Shown here: one piece after another, positions 9,720 to 20,595 of the stretch
Position numbering within the stretch: the first letter of the stretch is position 1
Layout: each line of letters opens with the position of its first letter
From: Planctomycetaceae bacterium
GTDB lineage: Bacteria > Planctomycetota > Planctomycetia > Pirellulales > Pirellulaceae
NCBI GenBank assembly: GCA_016795075.1
Contig: JAEUIP010000001.1
Coordinates: forward strand, 20,608-84,607
DNA: 64,000 nucleotides
Direction: 5' to 3'
Translations under genes and position numbers: made by a program
The notes under the pieces: generated by a model
The model's input: only the letters and a program-made list of their open reading frames with translations
The model's database searches: none
Told to the model about the DNA's origin: nothing

Positions 9720-10125
9720 CTCAATCTCCTCAGACGCAATTGCTAAACAGGCGTTTTGCCGGGGGCCAACATTCAGCCGTTTCAAGGGAACGCCTTGAGT
9801 GAATTAACCCGGCAGGTTCCCGAAAGTTGCATTTTTTTTCTAAGAATCCTGAATCGTGTGGCGTTCGGGTTGGAAACTGGAATAAGGTCGGCGGGACATG
9901 TGTTGCCAGCCTGGACAGGAATGCGTTGCGCGACTTGCCTGGAATCAAACTCACCGGCCCGGCCAGGACTGGCACAGTAGTTGCACCGAGGCCGCTTGGT
10001 CGCAGCAACTGACATTTTTGCTGGTTCGTTGGCCCTTGCTGTCAGGAGCGGGTCGGACGGCTGCGGATATATGGTGCGTCTACGAGTTTTTGACCACTCA
10101 TGGCTTATTGTGGAGGATATTGAAC

Positions 10126-11817
<1,692 letters not shown>

Positions 11818-11927
11818 TTGGCTGTTGGACCGGCAGTCGCTCGGTAGCGGTTGCCGGCCATTTGATGGCCGAAGAGTTTCATAAACCAATTTGATTTGCA
11901 AGCAACGAAGAATAAGGAAGTGCGGAA

Positions 11928-12230
11928 ATGGCAAAGACCAGTGTTAAAATTCGTCCGTTGGATGACCGAGTTGTTGTAGAAGTTTCGGCTGCTGAACAAA
12001 TGACTGCCGGTGGAATCGTTCTACCCGACAATGCCAAAGAGAAGCCGCAACGTGGCCGGGTGGTCGCCGTAGGTCCAGGCAAGCTCTTGGAATCGGGGGA
12101 ACGTGGATCGCTGAGCGTGGCGGTTGGCGACGAAGTGATTTTCGGGAAGTACGGCGGAACGGAAATCGAAGTCGACGGTGAAGAAGTCAAGATCCTCCGC
12201 GAGAGCGATATCTTGGCAAAGGTCTGCTAA
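11928..12230 (+). CDS. groES: co-chaperonin GroES (10 kDa)
   Basis: The 100-aa protein reads [19 protein letters not shown]...[27 protein letters not shown], with the mobile loop and the length typical of GroES. Confidence 0.95.
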   Translation: MAKTSVKIRPLDDRVVVEVSAAEQMTAGGIVLPDNAKEKPQRGRVVAVGPGKLLESGERGSLSVAVGDEVIFGKYGGTEIEVDGEEVKILRESDILAKVC

Positions 12231-12294
12231 GCGTGGTTGCCGAGTTGGCAAGTCACAGATTCACACGAGCAACGAGACTTTGAGGATTCTGGCA

Positions 12295-13914
12295 ATGGCG
12301 AAACAATTGTTATTTGATGATAAGGCTCGGCAACGCATGTTGCGGGGCATCGAGAAACTGGCAGATGCAGTCGCGGTAACGATGGGACCGACGGGTCGCA
12401 ACGTTATCTTGCAGAAGTCGTATGGTGGTCCAACGGTTACCAAGGACGGCGTGACGGTTGCCAAAGAGATCGAGTTGGAAGATCGCTTTGAGAACATGGG
12501 CGCGAAGTTGGTGGTCGAGGTCGCTCAAAAGACGTCCGACTTGGCGGGCGATGGCACGACCACGGCAACCGTATTGGCCCGGGCGATTTACAAAGAGGGT
12601 TTGAAGTCAGTGGTTGCCGGCTCGAACCCAACCGCGATTCGACGCGGGATGGAACGCGCCGTCAAGGCTGCAGTCGAGCACTTGGAAGGCATGGCTCGAC
12701 CAGTGAGCGAGAAGTCGGAAGTCGCCCACGTCGGCGCGATCAGCGCCAACAACGATCGCGCGATCGGCGAACTGCTGGCCGATGCTTTGCATCGCGTTGG
12801 TCAGGACGGCGTGATCACGGTTGAAGAAGGCAAGTCGACCGAGACCAAGGTGGACTATGTCGATGGGATGCAGTTCGACAAGGGCTACATTTCGCCTTAC
12901 TTCATTACCGACCCAGGCACGATGGAATGTGTGTTGGACAACGCCAGCATTCTGTTGTATGAAAAGAAGATCAGCAACATTCGTGACTTGGTACCGTTGT
13001 TGGAAAAGACCAGCCAAACGGGTCGCCCGTTGTTGATCATTGCCGAAGACATCGACGCGGAAGCGTTGACGTTGTTGGTCGTGAACAAGCTGCGAGGCGT
13101 TTTGAATGTCTGCGCCGTCAAGGCTCCGGGTTTTGGCGACCGCCGCAAAGCGATGTTGGGCGATATTGCCACGTTGACTGGCGGAACGTTCGTCAGCGAA
13201 GATCTGGGCATTCAATTGGAAAGCTTGGATTTGAGTCACTTGGGCAGTGCAAAGAAGGTCGTCGTTGACAAGAATGGCACGACGATCGTTGAAGGCGGCG
13301 GCGAACGCAAGGACGTCGATCATCGGATCGCGCAGATCCGAGCTCAAATCGATCAAAGCGACAGCGAGTACGATCGCGAAAAATTGCAAGAACGACTGGC
13401 TAAATTGGCTGGCGGTGTTGCGATCATTTCGGTCGGCGCTGAAACCGAGGTTGAGATGAAGCAGAAGAAGGCTCGCGTCGAAGATGCTCTACACGCGACT
13501 CGCGCCGCTGTGGAAGAAGGCATCTTGCCGGGCGGTGGTGTCGCATTGCTGCGTTGCAAGGGAGCTGTCGAGAAGGTACGTTCGTCGGCTCGTGGAGACG
13601 AGAAAATCGGCGTGGACATTATTTTGGGCGTTTTGGACGCTCCGATTCGCCAAATTGCGGCCAACGCCGGTATCGATGGCGCCGTCGTTGCGGACGAATT
13701 GTCGGAGATGGATGTCAACTTCGGGTACGATGCCAATGCTGGTCGCTACGTCGACATGTTCAAGGCTGGTGTGATCGATCCGAAGAAAGTGGTCAAGACG
13801 GCGCTGATCAATGCTGCGAGTATTGCGGGCCTGCTGTTGACCACCGATGCCCTCGTATCCAACTTTGACGACGATGACAAATCGCGTCGCAAAGTCGAAG
13901 GCGCAATTTCGTAG
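12295..13914 (+). CDS. groEL: chaperonin GroEL (60 kDa), copy 2, no GGM tail
   Basis: [19 protein letters not shown]... and [11 protein letters not shown] are present. The ATG at 12295 is the canonical start, and the ORF-track start at 12178 overlaps groES. The protein ends ...[17 protein letters not shown]. Confidence 0.95.
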   Translation: MAKQLLFDDKARQRMLRGIEKLADAVAVTMGPTGRNVILQKSYGGPTVTKDGVTVAKEIELEDRFENMGAKLVVEVAQKTSDLAGDGTTTATVLARAIYKEGLKSVVAGSNPTAIRRGMERAVKAAVEHLEGMARPVSEKSEVAHVGAISANNDRAIGELLADALHRVGQDGVITVEEGKSTETKVDYVDGMQFDKGYISPYFITDPGTMECVLDNASILLYEKKISNIRDLVPLLEKTSQTGRPLLIIAEDIDAEALTLLVVNKLRGVLNVCAVKAPGFGDRRKAMLGDIATLTGGTFVSEDLGIQLESLDLSHLGSAKKVVVDKNGTTIVEGGGERKDVDHRIAQIRAQIDQSDSEYDREKLQERLAKLAGGVAIISVGAETEVEMKQKKARVEDALHATRAAVEEGILPGGGVALLRCKGAVEKVRSSARGDEKIGVDIILGVLDAPIRQIAANAGIDGAVVADELSEMDVNFGYDANAGRYVDMFKAGVIDPKKVVKTALINAASIAGLLLTTDALVSNFDDDDKSRRKVEGAIS

Positions 13915-13984
13915 TTTGATGTTAGGCCGGTTGCCTAGCGGGTGCCGGCTCGATCAAATGAAGCGGAAGAGGAGCTTGTTCATC

Positions 13985-14024
13985 AAAAAAGGGCCAATTG
14001 CATCTTGCACTTGGCTCTTTTTTT
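13985..14024 (+). terminator. possible terminator/attenuator hairpin between groEL copy 2 and dnaJ
   Basis: An A run (13985-13990) is followed by an 8-bp stem AGGGCCAA/TTGGCTCT (one G-U pair) with a 13-nt loop, then TTTTTT (14019-14024). The large loop makes this a weak call. Confidence 0.4.
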
Positions 14025-14045
14025 CAGTTTAGGAAGTGGATGAGG

Positions 14046-15161
14046 ATGGTGACCCAACGCTGTTATTACGAAGTCTTGGGTGTCGCAAGGACGTCCTCGG
14101 ACAAAGAGATCGCACGAGCTTATCGAAAACTGGCGATCAAGTACCATCCCGACTCGAATCCGGATAATCCGGAAGCGACCGACCTCTTCCGCGAAGCCGC
14201 GGAGGCGTACGAGGTACTGGGCGATCAGGCGAAGCGGGAGCGTTATGATCGCCATGGCCATGCGGGCGTGCGAGGAGCGGGGGCCGAGTTCCATTCAACG
14301 GAAGACATCTTCGAAGCGTTCGGCGAAATCTTCGGCAACGGAATGTTCGGAGATCTGTTTGGCGGGCGGCGCGGTGGCAAACGACAGCGCCGCGGCAACG
14401 ACGTTCGAGCGGATATCACTCTCACGTTGGAGGAAGCGGCGTCCGGGATTGTCAAGACGGTCCGGTTCAACCGCAACGAACGTTGCGATACGTGCAGCGG
14501 TAGCGGTGCGAAGTCTGGCACGAAGCCTGAGACTTGCAAGACCTGTGGTGGACGCGGACAAGTCTTGCAGTCGGCCGGCATCCTCCGTATGCAAACAACC
14601 TGTCCGCATTGCCGGGGAACAGGGTCCGTGATAACCGATCCTTGCGGGACTTGCCGTGGGCGAGGCGTCAATGTCAAGTCGGTAGACTTGGAAGTCTCGA
14701 TACCCGCGGGCGTTGACGATGGGATGCGGGTGCGTTTGACCGGAGAAGGCGAAGCGAGTCCGGACGGAGGTCCAAACGGAGACTGCTATTGCTTCATCAA
14801 AGTCAAGAAACACGAACTGTTCCATCGCGATGGAAGTAACTTGATCGTGCAGTTGCCGATTGCGTACACGCAAGCGGTACTGGGAGCCGAACTAAAGGTT
14901 CCAACGCTTAATGGCCAAGAAGTCTTGGCATTGAAGCGAGGAACGCAATCCGGTGAAGTGTTTACTCTGCGTGGTAAAGGGGTGCCCGATCCGCAGGGTG
15001 GCCCACGAGGGGATCTGTTGGTTCAGGTTTACATCGAGACACCCAAGGAAATCAGCGCCAAGCAGGAAGAAGTTCTACGAACGCTGGCCGAACTTGAGCA
15101 CACGGACGTTTCGCCCCAACGCAAGTCCTTCTTGGATAAGATCAAGTCGTACTTCCCGTAA
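14046..15161 (+). CDS. dnaJ: molecular chaperone DnaJ (type I, with zinc-finger domain)
   Basis: The J domain is present (YYEVLGV...YRKLAIKYHPDSNP), then a G/F-rich linker and four CxxCxGxG repeats (CDTCSGSG, CKTCGGRG, CPHCRGTG, CGTCRGRG). The start is taken at ATG 14046 (MVTQRCYYEVLGV). Confidence 0.95.
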   Translation: MVTQRCYYEVLGVARTSSDKEIARAYRKLAIKYHPDSNPDNPEATDLFREAAEAYEVLGDQAKRERYDRHGHAGVRGAGAEFHSTEDIFEAFGEIFGNGMFGDLFGGRRGGKRQRRGNDVRADITLTLEEAASGIVKTVRFNRNERCDTCSGSGAKSGTKPETCKTCGGRGQVLQSAGILRMQTTCPHCRGTGSVITDPCGTCRGRGVNVKSVDLEVSIPAGVDDGMRVRLTGEGEASPDGGPNGDCYCFIKVKKHELFHRDGSNLIVQLPIAYTQAVLGAELKVPTLNGQEVLALKRGTQSGEVFTLRGKGVPDPQGGPRGDLLVQVYIETPKEISAKQEEVLRTLAELEHTDVSPQRKSFLDKIKSYFP

Positions 15162-15185
15162 GATCGATCGCGCGCGAAAAGCGAC

Positions 15186-15779
15186 ATGGATTTCATCGCC
15201 CAACTACCAAATAACTGTACGAAACGAGCACCGATGACCGCACGAGAACACGATACCGCCGAAGGCAAATTTCAATCGGGAGATAACTCCTTTCCGGAAA
15301 CGACGTCAGCTGGAGATGCGTCGACGTCGTCGACTACCGTGGAAGAGCAGCTCCGAATGGAAGTACAAAACCTGACCGAACGTTGGCTGCGAACGGAAGC
15401 CGAGATGGATAACTTGCGGCGAAGGACGCGCCGGGAAATCGAAGACAACGCAAAGTTTGCCAACCAGCGTTTGATGGTTGATTTGATGGAAGTGGTCGAC
15501 AATTTACATCGGGCGCTTGGTGTGGCGAATCAGTCCACCGCCGAAGCGTTGGTCGCCGGCGTGCAAATGGTATCGCACCAATTTGACGAAGTCATGAAAC
15601 GACATGGATGCCAAAGAATCTCGACGCTCGGCGAGATGTTTGATCCGAATTATCACGAAGCGATTCAAATGGTTCCGAGCGATTCGCCGGCAGGGTCCGT
15701 AATCCAAGAGGTTCGCACCGGTTATCGTTTGCATGATCGCTTGATCCGACCTGCTCAGGTGATCGTCGCCGCAGGTTAG
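15186..15779 (+). CDS. grpE: nucleotide exchange factor GrpE
   Basis: WLRTEAEMDNLRRRTRREIEDNAKFANQRLMVDLMEVVDNLHRAL and the C-terminal ...FDPNYHEAIQMVPSD...GYRLHDRLIRPAQV are typical of GrpE. The start could instead be the ATG at 15234. Confidence 0.9.
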   Translation: MDFIAQLPNNCTKRAPMTAREHDTAEGKFQSGDNSFPETTSAGDASTSSTTVEEQLRMEVQNLTERWLRTEAEMDNLRRRTRREIEDNAKFANQRLMVDLMEVVDNLHRALGVANQSTAEALVAGVQMVSHQFDEVMKRHGCQRISTLGEMFDPNYHEAIQMVPSDSPAGSVIQEVRTGYRLHDRLIRPAQVIVAAG

Positions 15780-15813
15780 TTTTCATGTTCATCCAATCGA
15801 GAGATCGTGTTTC

Positions 15814-16185
15814 ATGCCAACCTACGACTACCAATGTGATGCGTGCGGTCACAAGTTTGAAGAGTTTCAGAATATTACCGCACCGGTCTTGACCAAGTGC
15901 CCGGCCTGCAAAAAGAAGAAGTTGCGACGTTTGTTTGGAACGGGCGCCGCTGTCGTATTCAAAGGCAGCGGGTTCTATCAAACCGACTATCGAAGCGAAG
16001 GCTACAAAAAGGCCGCAGAACGTGACAGTAGCAATGATTCCGGAAAGTCGGATTCTGGCAGTTCCAAAGAATCTGGAGGGACGAGTACGAACGGCGAGAC
16101 TTCGAAAGCGTCCAAGTCGACAAGCACGACGTCGGCGAAGTCAGAAAGCGCTGCCAAGTCAAAGAACAGCAAAAAGAAAGAATGA
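15814..16185 (+). CDS. FmdB-family zinc-ribbon protein with Ser/Lys-rich tail
   Basis: MPTYDYQCDACGHKFEEFQNI...KCPACKKKKLRRLF has two CxxC pairs in the FmdB/CxxC_CxxC_SSSS arrangement. Confidence 0.8.
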   Translation: MPTYDYQCDACGHKFEEFQNITAPVLTKCPACKKKKLRRLFGTGAAVVFKGSGFYQTDYRSEGYKKAAERDSSNDSGKSDSGSSKESGGTSTNGETSKASKSTSTTSAKSESAAKSKNSKKKE

Positions 16186-16197
16186 CGGGGTAAGCGA

Positions 16198-16416
16198 GTG
16201 AGTCTTGCGAATTTCGAAGGTCAAAGAACTCCCAAGTGTTCCAATTGCAACAAGCCCATCTTGTCGATCGAGCCTTCGTTAATGCCGTTTTGTTCGCAAC
16301 GTTGCAAAGAACTGGATCTGTCGAATTGGTTGACCGAATCGTATGGGATGCCCTTCGAAAGCGATGCCTCGACGGAATCCGCGGACTTCTCGCCATACGA
16401 CGATGAGGATCAATGA
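16198..16416 (+). CDS. yacG: DNA gyrase inhibitor YacG-like zinc finger protein
   Basis: KCSNCNKPI...PFCSQRCKELDLSNWLTESYGMP matches the YacG pattern C-x2-C...PFCS-x-RC-x2-IDLG-x-W. The start codon is GTG. Confidence 0.75.
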   Translation: MSLANFEGQRTPKCSNCNKPILSIEPSLMPFCSQRCKELDLSNWLTESYGMPFESDASTESADFSPYDDEDQ

Positions 16417-17570
16417 TGGCCGCAGAGTCCATTGATTCGAAGCCTTCGGGTCCGGCTTACCAGGCTCCGTTCGATCTTTCATTTGAAGTCAGTTTGATTT
16501 TTTCGAAATTGATTGCCGGAGTCTACGCAAGTTTGCATCCTATCAATGTGTTGATTGCCGGGGTGGCCTTGTTCTTGGTGATCGGTGTGGATGCTTGGCT
16601 GCCGGGCGCGCCGGAACTTGCTACAGAAAACCTCGCTGACGCCAAGGCCACCGAAGTCCCAGGGAAGTTTGTTCCGGAATTTTCGATTTTTGAGAGGGTC
16701 GGAACGACGACCAACCCCTTGGTCATCGCCTCCGAGTTGACACATCCGTGGGCGGACTTGGTTCGCGGTGGTTTCTGGCGACAGGCCGTCATTTGCCTCT
16801 GGGCACTCCTCGTCTGGAGTTGGGCGGGGACGATGATTTGCCGCAGTATTGCTTTGCGAATCGGACGGATCGATCATCAATGGCTGGATGTGGTTCGCTT
16901 TGCCAACCAACATTTCCTAGATTCCCTGTTTAGTATTTTGATCCCATTGGCGGCCGTCGTGGCTTTAGCGATCCCGCTGATGGCGACCGGCTGGTTGTTG
17001 GTTTGGGATTGGACGTCGATTTTGGGCGCCCCGCTGGCGGCGTTGGGATCGGTATTGGGATTGTTAATCGGCGTTGTCTTGTTGGGTTTGTTTTTGGCGT
17101 GGCCTTTGATGTTTCCGGCCATCGCGTTCGAAGGGCGGGACTCGTTTGAATCGATTAGTCGCGCTTATGCTTACGTGATGCAGCGTCCGATCCATGCGTG
17201 CGTTATTGCATTGGCAGCGATTGCCATCGGATCGGTAACTGGGACGGTTATCGAATGGTTCTGTTCGCTATCGGCGAATGGGCATGCTTGGGCATTAAGT
17301 TGGGGGGCCAATGCAGCGCATGCGGACCGTCTTAGCGAACTGCTCGCGGCACCGACTACGCCAGCTCCCGCGATTGCCCAATATTGGTCGGGGCCCTGGT
17401 TGCGAACCAGCCAGGAGGGGTTTTCGTTCTTGGCTCGTGCTGCGGGTTATTCGATGTTTTGGGGGCTGGCCAGTGGCGCTTATTTGTTGCTCCGTCGCTA
17501 CCTGGATCAAACTCCGGTAGATGAAATTTACCGACCTGGGCAGTCCACACTCAAACCGCTCGATACTTAA
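16413..17570 (+). CDS. polytopic membrane protein, unknown function
   Basis: The 385-aa protein has several long hydrophobic segments. Its start overlaps the yacG stop (ATGA). I recognised no motif. Confidence 0.6.
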   Translation: MMAAESIDSKPSGPAYQAPFDLSFEVSLIFSKLIAGVYASLHPINVLIAGVALFLVIGVDAWLPGAPELATENLADAKATEVPGKFVPEFSIFERVGTTTNPLVIASELTHPWADLVRGGFWRQAVICLWALLVWSWAGTMICRSIALRIGRIDHQWLDVVRFANQHFLDSLFSILIPLAAVVALAIPLMATGWLLVWDWTSILGAPLAALGSVLGLLIGVVLLGLFLAWPLMFPAIAFEGRDSFESISRAYAYVMQRPIHACVIALAAIAIGSVTGTVIEWFCSLSANGHAWALSWGANAAHADRLSELLAAPTTPAPAIAQYWSGPWLRTSQEGFSFLARAAGYSMFWGLASGAYLLLRRYLDQTPVDEIYRPGQSTLKPLDT

Positions 17571-17662
17571 CGCGTGATGGTTGCGAAGAGACTTTGGTTC
17601 GGTCAAAATGGCGACTTGGCTGGTTGGCGTCCTCAAGCGTCCTTTGAAAGGCACAAACACAA

Positions 17663-18691
17663 ATGAATCAATTTCCGAAATTGCACAACGCCATGTGGCC
17701 CGGTCTGGTTGGCAAAGGCCCGGATGCTGAAGAACCTGCGATCGATTTGGAGACCATGTTAAAGATGACCGCCGCCGCGGAGGTGGACGGAGTCAAATTT
17801 GATGGCGTGGACCTTTTTTTGTACAACCCCCATGTCGATATCGAGATTTCCGATGATGACTTGAAGACGTTGGCCGAACGGGTTCAAAAGTACAACTTTG
17901 TGGTGGGCAGCGTCGTCGCACCGGTGTGGTTTGATGGGGCGGCGATGGGCAGTCAGCAGCAACGGGACAACTTTGTGGCAGCGGTAGGAAAGGCTTGCCG
18001 CATCGCGACGCGCCTGCGAGAGTTGGGGGTTCGACCGTACGGGGTTGTGCGAATCGATTCGGCTACCAGCGTTTCGGCATGGAATTCGGACCCCGTAGGC
18101 GGAACAGCGCAAATTGCCGAGACTTTTCGGCGGGCGGCCGACATTGCTGAAGATTATGGTGAACGATTGGCCGCCGAGGGGGAAATTTGTTGGGGAGGCA
18201 TGCATTCTTGGCGAAACATGGTCAACCTGTTGGAACAGGTCGGACGTCCACAGACGTTGGGGTTCCAAGCCGACATGGCGCATACGCTATTGTATTTGTT
18301 GGGCTACAACGCACCTCAAGATCGAATCGTTCCGGAAAACTTCAATTGGGAACCTGCAGCGCTTGATGAGGCACTGAAAACGCTAACAGCCGCCCTTCGT
18401 CCTTGGACGATTGACTTTCACGTCGCACAGAATGACGCCACAGTGAAAGGCAGCGGGTCACACGACAAAACCGGTCGCCACTGTTTAGCAGATGACCCGA
18501 ACGGCAAGCTCAACATCGCCCATCATGCGGGGTTCTGGCTACGCGACGAGGCGGGCAAGTTAACCAAAACCATCCAACACATTTGCTGGGATGGCTGCAT
18601 GTTCCCGAACGCCGTGATGACTCAACAATCCACCTGGAACAATATCCTGGCCGCGATGCAACAAGTTCGCCAACAACACGGTTGGTCTTGA
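17663..18691 (+). CDS. xylose isomerase-like TIM-barrel protein (sugar phosphate isomerase/epimerase family)
   Basis: [19 protein letters not shown]... and the alternating beta/alpha pattern with conserved E/H/D positions resemble the AP_endonuc_2 fold. The assignment is from recollection only. Confidence 0.65.
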   Translation: MNQFPKLHNAMWPGLVGKGPDAEEPAIDLETMLKMTAAAEVDGVKFDGVDLFLYNPHVDIEISDDDLKTLAERVQKYNFVVGSVVAPVWFDGAAMGSQQQRDNFVAAVGKACRIATRLRELGVRPYGVVRIDSATSVSAWNSDPVGGTAQIAETFRRAADIAEDYGERLAAEGEICWGGMHSWRNMVNLLEQVGRPQTLGFQADMAHTLLYLLGYNAPQDRIVPENFNWEPAALDEALKTLTAALRPWTIDFHVAQNDATVKGSGSHDKTGRHCLADDPNGKLNIAHHAGFWLRDEAGKLTKTIQHICWDGCMFPNAVMTQQSTWNNILAAMQQVRQQHGWS

Positions 18692-18729
18692 TTGATCGGG
18701 TAATATCGCGCGAAAAAGACGGTTCATTT

Positions 18730-18770
18730 AAAAAAACGAGGGCCCAAGTATTTGGGCCCTCGTTTTTTTT
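18730..18770. terminator. bidirectional rho-independent terminator between convergent genes
   Basis: An A7 run (18730-18736) precedes a perfect 11-bp stem CGAGGGCCCAA/TTGGGCCCTCG (18737-18747 and 18752-18762) with loop GTAT, followed by a T8 run (18763-18770). Confidence 0.85.
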
Positions 18771-18789
18771 GAGTTGCAAACTCGAGTGA

Positions 18790-19512
18790 TCATTCGTGGT
18801 TGGTTTGAACTTCAAACTTTTGGAACTCAAACGATCCTGCTCCGATAGTGGCCAAGCCAACCGCTCCTGTTCCCGTTCGATCGTTGCTGATTGAGAGCAG
18901 ATTTTGCCCGTTGAGCAAAACACTGACCTCGGAGCCCTTTTCGATCAGTTTCAACTCGTAGCGATCGCTGGCGTCAACGCTCATGTTGATCATCTCCGAG
19001 AATCCATCGGGAGATCTTTCCAAGACTCGGAACGTTTGATTGGCATCCAGCAGAAACAAAAAGTATCGAGTGGGGTTCTGTTGGTAACCATAGATCAAGC
19101 CTGCCGAGCCAGGCCCTGTGACCCTGGCGTCCGTTAGGATCGTACGACGTCCATAAGTGTCGGGTGGGTTGTCAGCATAAAAGTACTTCACGCTCGAATC
19201 GTCTGCTTTTGACTCCAGCCGATAGCTTCCATCCGATTGAGCCATGCCTCGATATTGCTCTTCCTCCCCAAAAAGCAAAACGGGAACCAGTGGCTGCAGG
19301 TTCGAGGTTGCGGCGATGTTCTCAGGTGACGTCGTTCCGCCGGGAGCCGAATTCAGGTTCGCGCGAACCGGCGGCGGGGTAACCGGCCCTGTTGGCTGGG
19401 TGGTTGTTTGGCGTAGCGCCGAAAATTGTGCCGAAACAGAACCCGGCAGGACAAAACCAGCGGCCAACAATAGGGACGGGGCAATCCAATTAGCAAAAGT
19501 GTGGGTGTTCAT
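18790..19512 (-). CDS. secreted protein, unknown function (beta-sandwich/lectin-like C-terminal half suspected)
   Basis: The signal peptide is MNTHTFANWIAPSLLLAAGFVLPGSVSA, so I moved the start to 19512. It is followed by a Pro/Thr-rich linker and then a beta-rich domain ending ...GAVGLATIGAGSFEFQKFEVQ. Confidence 0.55.
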   Translation of the reverse strand: MNTHTFANWIAPSLLLAAGFVLPGSVSAQFSALRQTTTQPTGPVTPPPVRANLNSAPGGTTSPENIAATSNLQPLVPVLLFGEEEQYRGMAQSDGSYRLESKADDSSVKYFYADNPPDTYGRRTILTDARVTGPGSAGLIYGYQQNPTRYFLFLLDANQTFRVLERSPDGFSEMINMSVDASDRYELKLIEKGSEVSVLLNGQNLLSISNDRTGTGAVGLATIGAGSFEFQKFEVQTNHE

Positions 19513-19708
19513 CAGAGGACTCCAGAATCTCATAAGGTGGTTCGTTATGGCGACCCAATCAAAATCGATTGGCTCGCGACATCACCATTACAAGTCGAGC
19601 GGTCGCCTGTGACAACAAATTTCACACCAGAGCGCAGCACGACATCATCGAGTCGATATCCGAAATTCGGGGGTCCCCGGCGTGCATGACCGTCAGAATG
19701 TAGAACGA

Positions 19709-19848
19709 GTGTTTTGTCGCAACCAAAAATGAGGTTCTCGGGGAGCGGTGGGGAGTCCATTGTGCGAAGCACCCGCATGGTCGCTCAGGCAATAGCATCA
19801 GCCCCGATTACCAGACCGACCGCAGAATTAAATGGTGACCAACCAAAA
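19709..19848. repeat. MITE-like nested palindromic element, degenerate copy (M1)
   Basis: It starts GTGTTTTGTCGCAACCAAAAAT, has the central ...GGAGTCCATTGTGCGAAGCACC... and ends ...TACCAGACCGACC...GGTGACC. By eye it is colinear with copies M2 and M4. Confidence 0.6.
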
Positions 19849-19853
19849 CCTAA

Positions 19854-20057
19854 TTATTGGTTTTGGGTCTGCCACGTGTGAATCCGACGAACGGTGTTGC
19901 CGTAGAAATGCAAAGGGCGGTTTTCCCGCTCCAGAATCGGGGTTGCCCGAATTTGTTCACGTTCAGCGCCAGTGGCAATGATTGGACCTCCAGCCATGGC
20001 ACGGCAACCAAAAGAACCGAGCACGGCAAGTACTAACACAATCATCCCTCGTTTCAT
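19854..20057 (-). CDS. small putative lipoprotein (67 aa)
   Basis: MKRGMIVLVLAVLGSFGC looks like a signal peptide with a lipobox-like LGSFGC. There is no other support. Confidence 0.4.
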   Translation of the reverse strand: MKRGMIVLVLAVLGSFGCRAMAGGPIIATGAEREQIRATPILERENRPLHFYGNTVRRIHTWQTQNQ

Positions 20058-20114
20058 CGGGTGTCACTCCATCGCGCGTCATCGAATCGGAAAAGCCGAA
20101 CGGAAGAATCCTTG

Positions 20115-20253
20115 GTGCTTTGTCACAACCAAAAATTAGGGCCGTTTGAAGCAACCTGGAGTCCGTTATGCGAAGCACCGTCAGGTCCGTTCCAGGAATG
20201 GACTCCTGCCCCCCTCACCAGACCGACCCCAAAACCAAAGGGTGACAAAGCAG
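20115..20253. repeat. MITE-like nested palindromic element (M2)
   Basis: The termini are GTGCTTTGTCAC (20115-) and GTGACAAAGCAG (-20253). The internal ...GGAGTCCGTTATGCGAAGCACCGTCAGGTCCGTTCCAGGAATGGACTCC...CACCAGACCGACCCCAAAACCAAAG is colinear with M4. Confidence 0.75.
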
Positions 20254-20351
20254 TAGAATCTACCCGGTGTTTTCCAGGTAAGGACTTTTCCAAAGAGAGC
20301 TATCGCGTATTTTGGCGGCCAGAACGATGGAGGTTGACGGTCGTAACGGAA

Positions 20352-20496
20352 CTAGTGCTTTGTCATTACTTAATTTTGCGGTGGGTCTGGTAAAGGTGTC
20401 AGGAGTCAATTGCCGGAACGGCCCTGCGGGTGCTTTGCACAATTGACTCCTGACACCTTTACCAGACCCCCATTCTTAGCTGTGACAAAGCACTAG
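20352..20496. repeat. MITE-like nested palindromic element, best-preserved copy (M3), core inverted relative to M2/M4
   Basis: The 14-nt terminal inverted repeats are perfect: CTAGTGCTTTGTCA (20352-20365) and TGACAAAGCACTAG (20483-20496). The 29-bp inner inverted repeat GGTCTGGTAAAGGTGTCAGGAGTCAATTG (20384-20412 and 20440-20468) is also perfect and encloses a 27-nt loop. Confidence 0.85.
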
Positions 20497-20534
20497 GCTT
20501 TGCCCGAAAAGCGGTCCGACCCTCTTTAAAGCAA

Positions 20535-20568
20535 TTTGGCGAGCGCCGGCACACCGACGCTCGCCAAA
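20535..20568 (-). terminator. strong hairpin 3' of the first selenoprotein gene (non-canonical terminator or RNA stability element)
   Basis: The 11-bp stem TTTGGCGAGCG/CGCTCGCCAAA (20535-20545 and 20558-20568) has a 12-nt loop and lies 28 nt downstream of the stop at 20596. On the minus strand the U-rich run precedes rather than follows the stem, so it is not a textbook terminator. Confidence 0.35.
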
Positions 20569-20595
20569 AAAGAAAATAGTTTCAAGAAACAAAAG

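Noticed and set aside
9898-10125. N-terminal 76-aa extension of the groEL copy 1 ORF; similarly 12178-12294 for copy 2 and 1473-1634 for the protease
   Set aside because: Canonical GroEL N-termini (MAKQ...) begin at 10126 and 12295 with upstream Shine-Dalgarno-like sequences. The extensions are low-complexity and overlap upstream genes (groES, caspase-like gene).
12607-13389. Long antisense ORFs: 12607..13389(-), 10105..10752(-), 30638..31579(+), 55347..56111(+), 32248..32958(-), 26032..26805(+), 7085..7669(+)
   Set aside because: All lie entirely opposite strongly supported genes (groEL, acnA, GTPase, fdhD, heme protein, pilB). They have Arg/Gly/His-rich composition typical of shadow frames in GC-rich DNA.
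20061-20442. ORFs 20061..20393(+), 20260..20442(-), 28770..28979(+) and 28874..29224(+), which encode CEAPSGPFRQLTPDTFTRPTPKP-like peptides
   Set aside because: They are translations of the MITE-like repeats. The same peptide arises wherever the repeat occurs and in either orientation, and there is no RBS or coding context.
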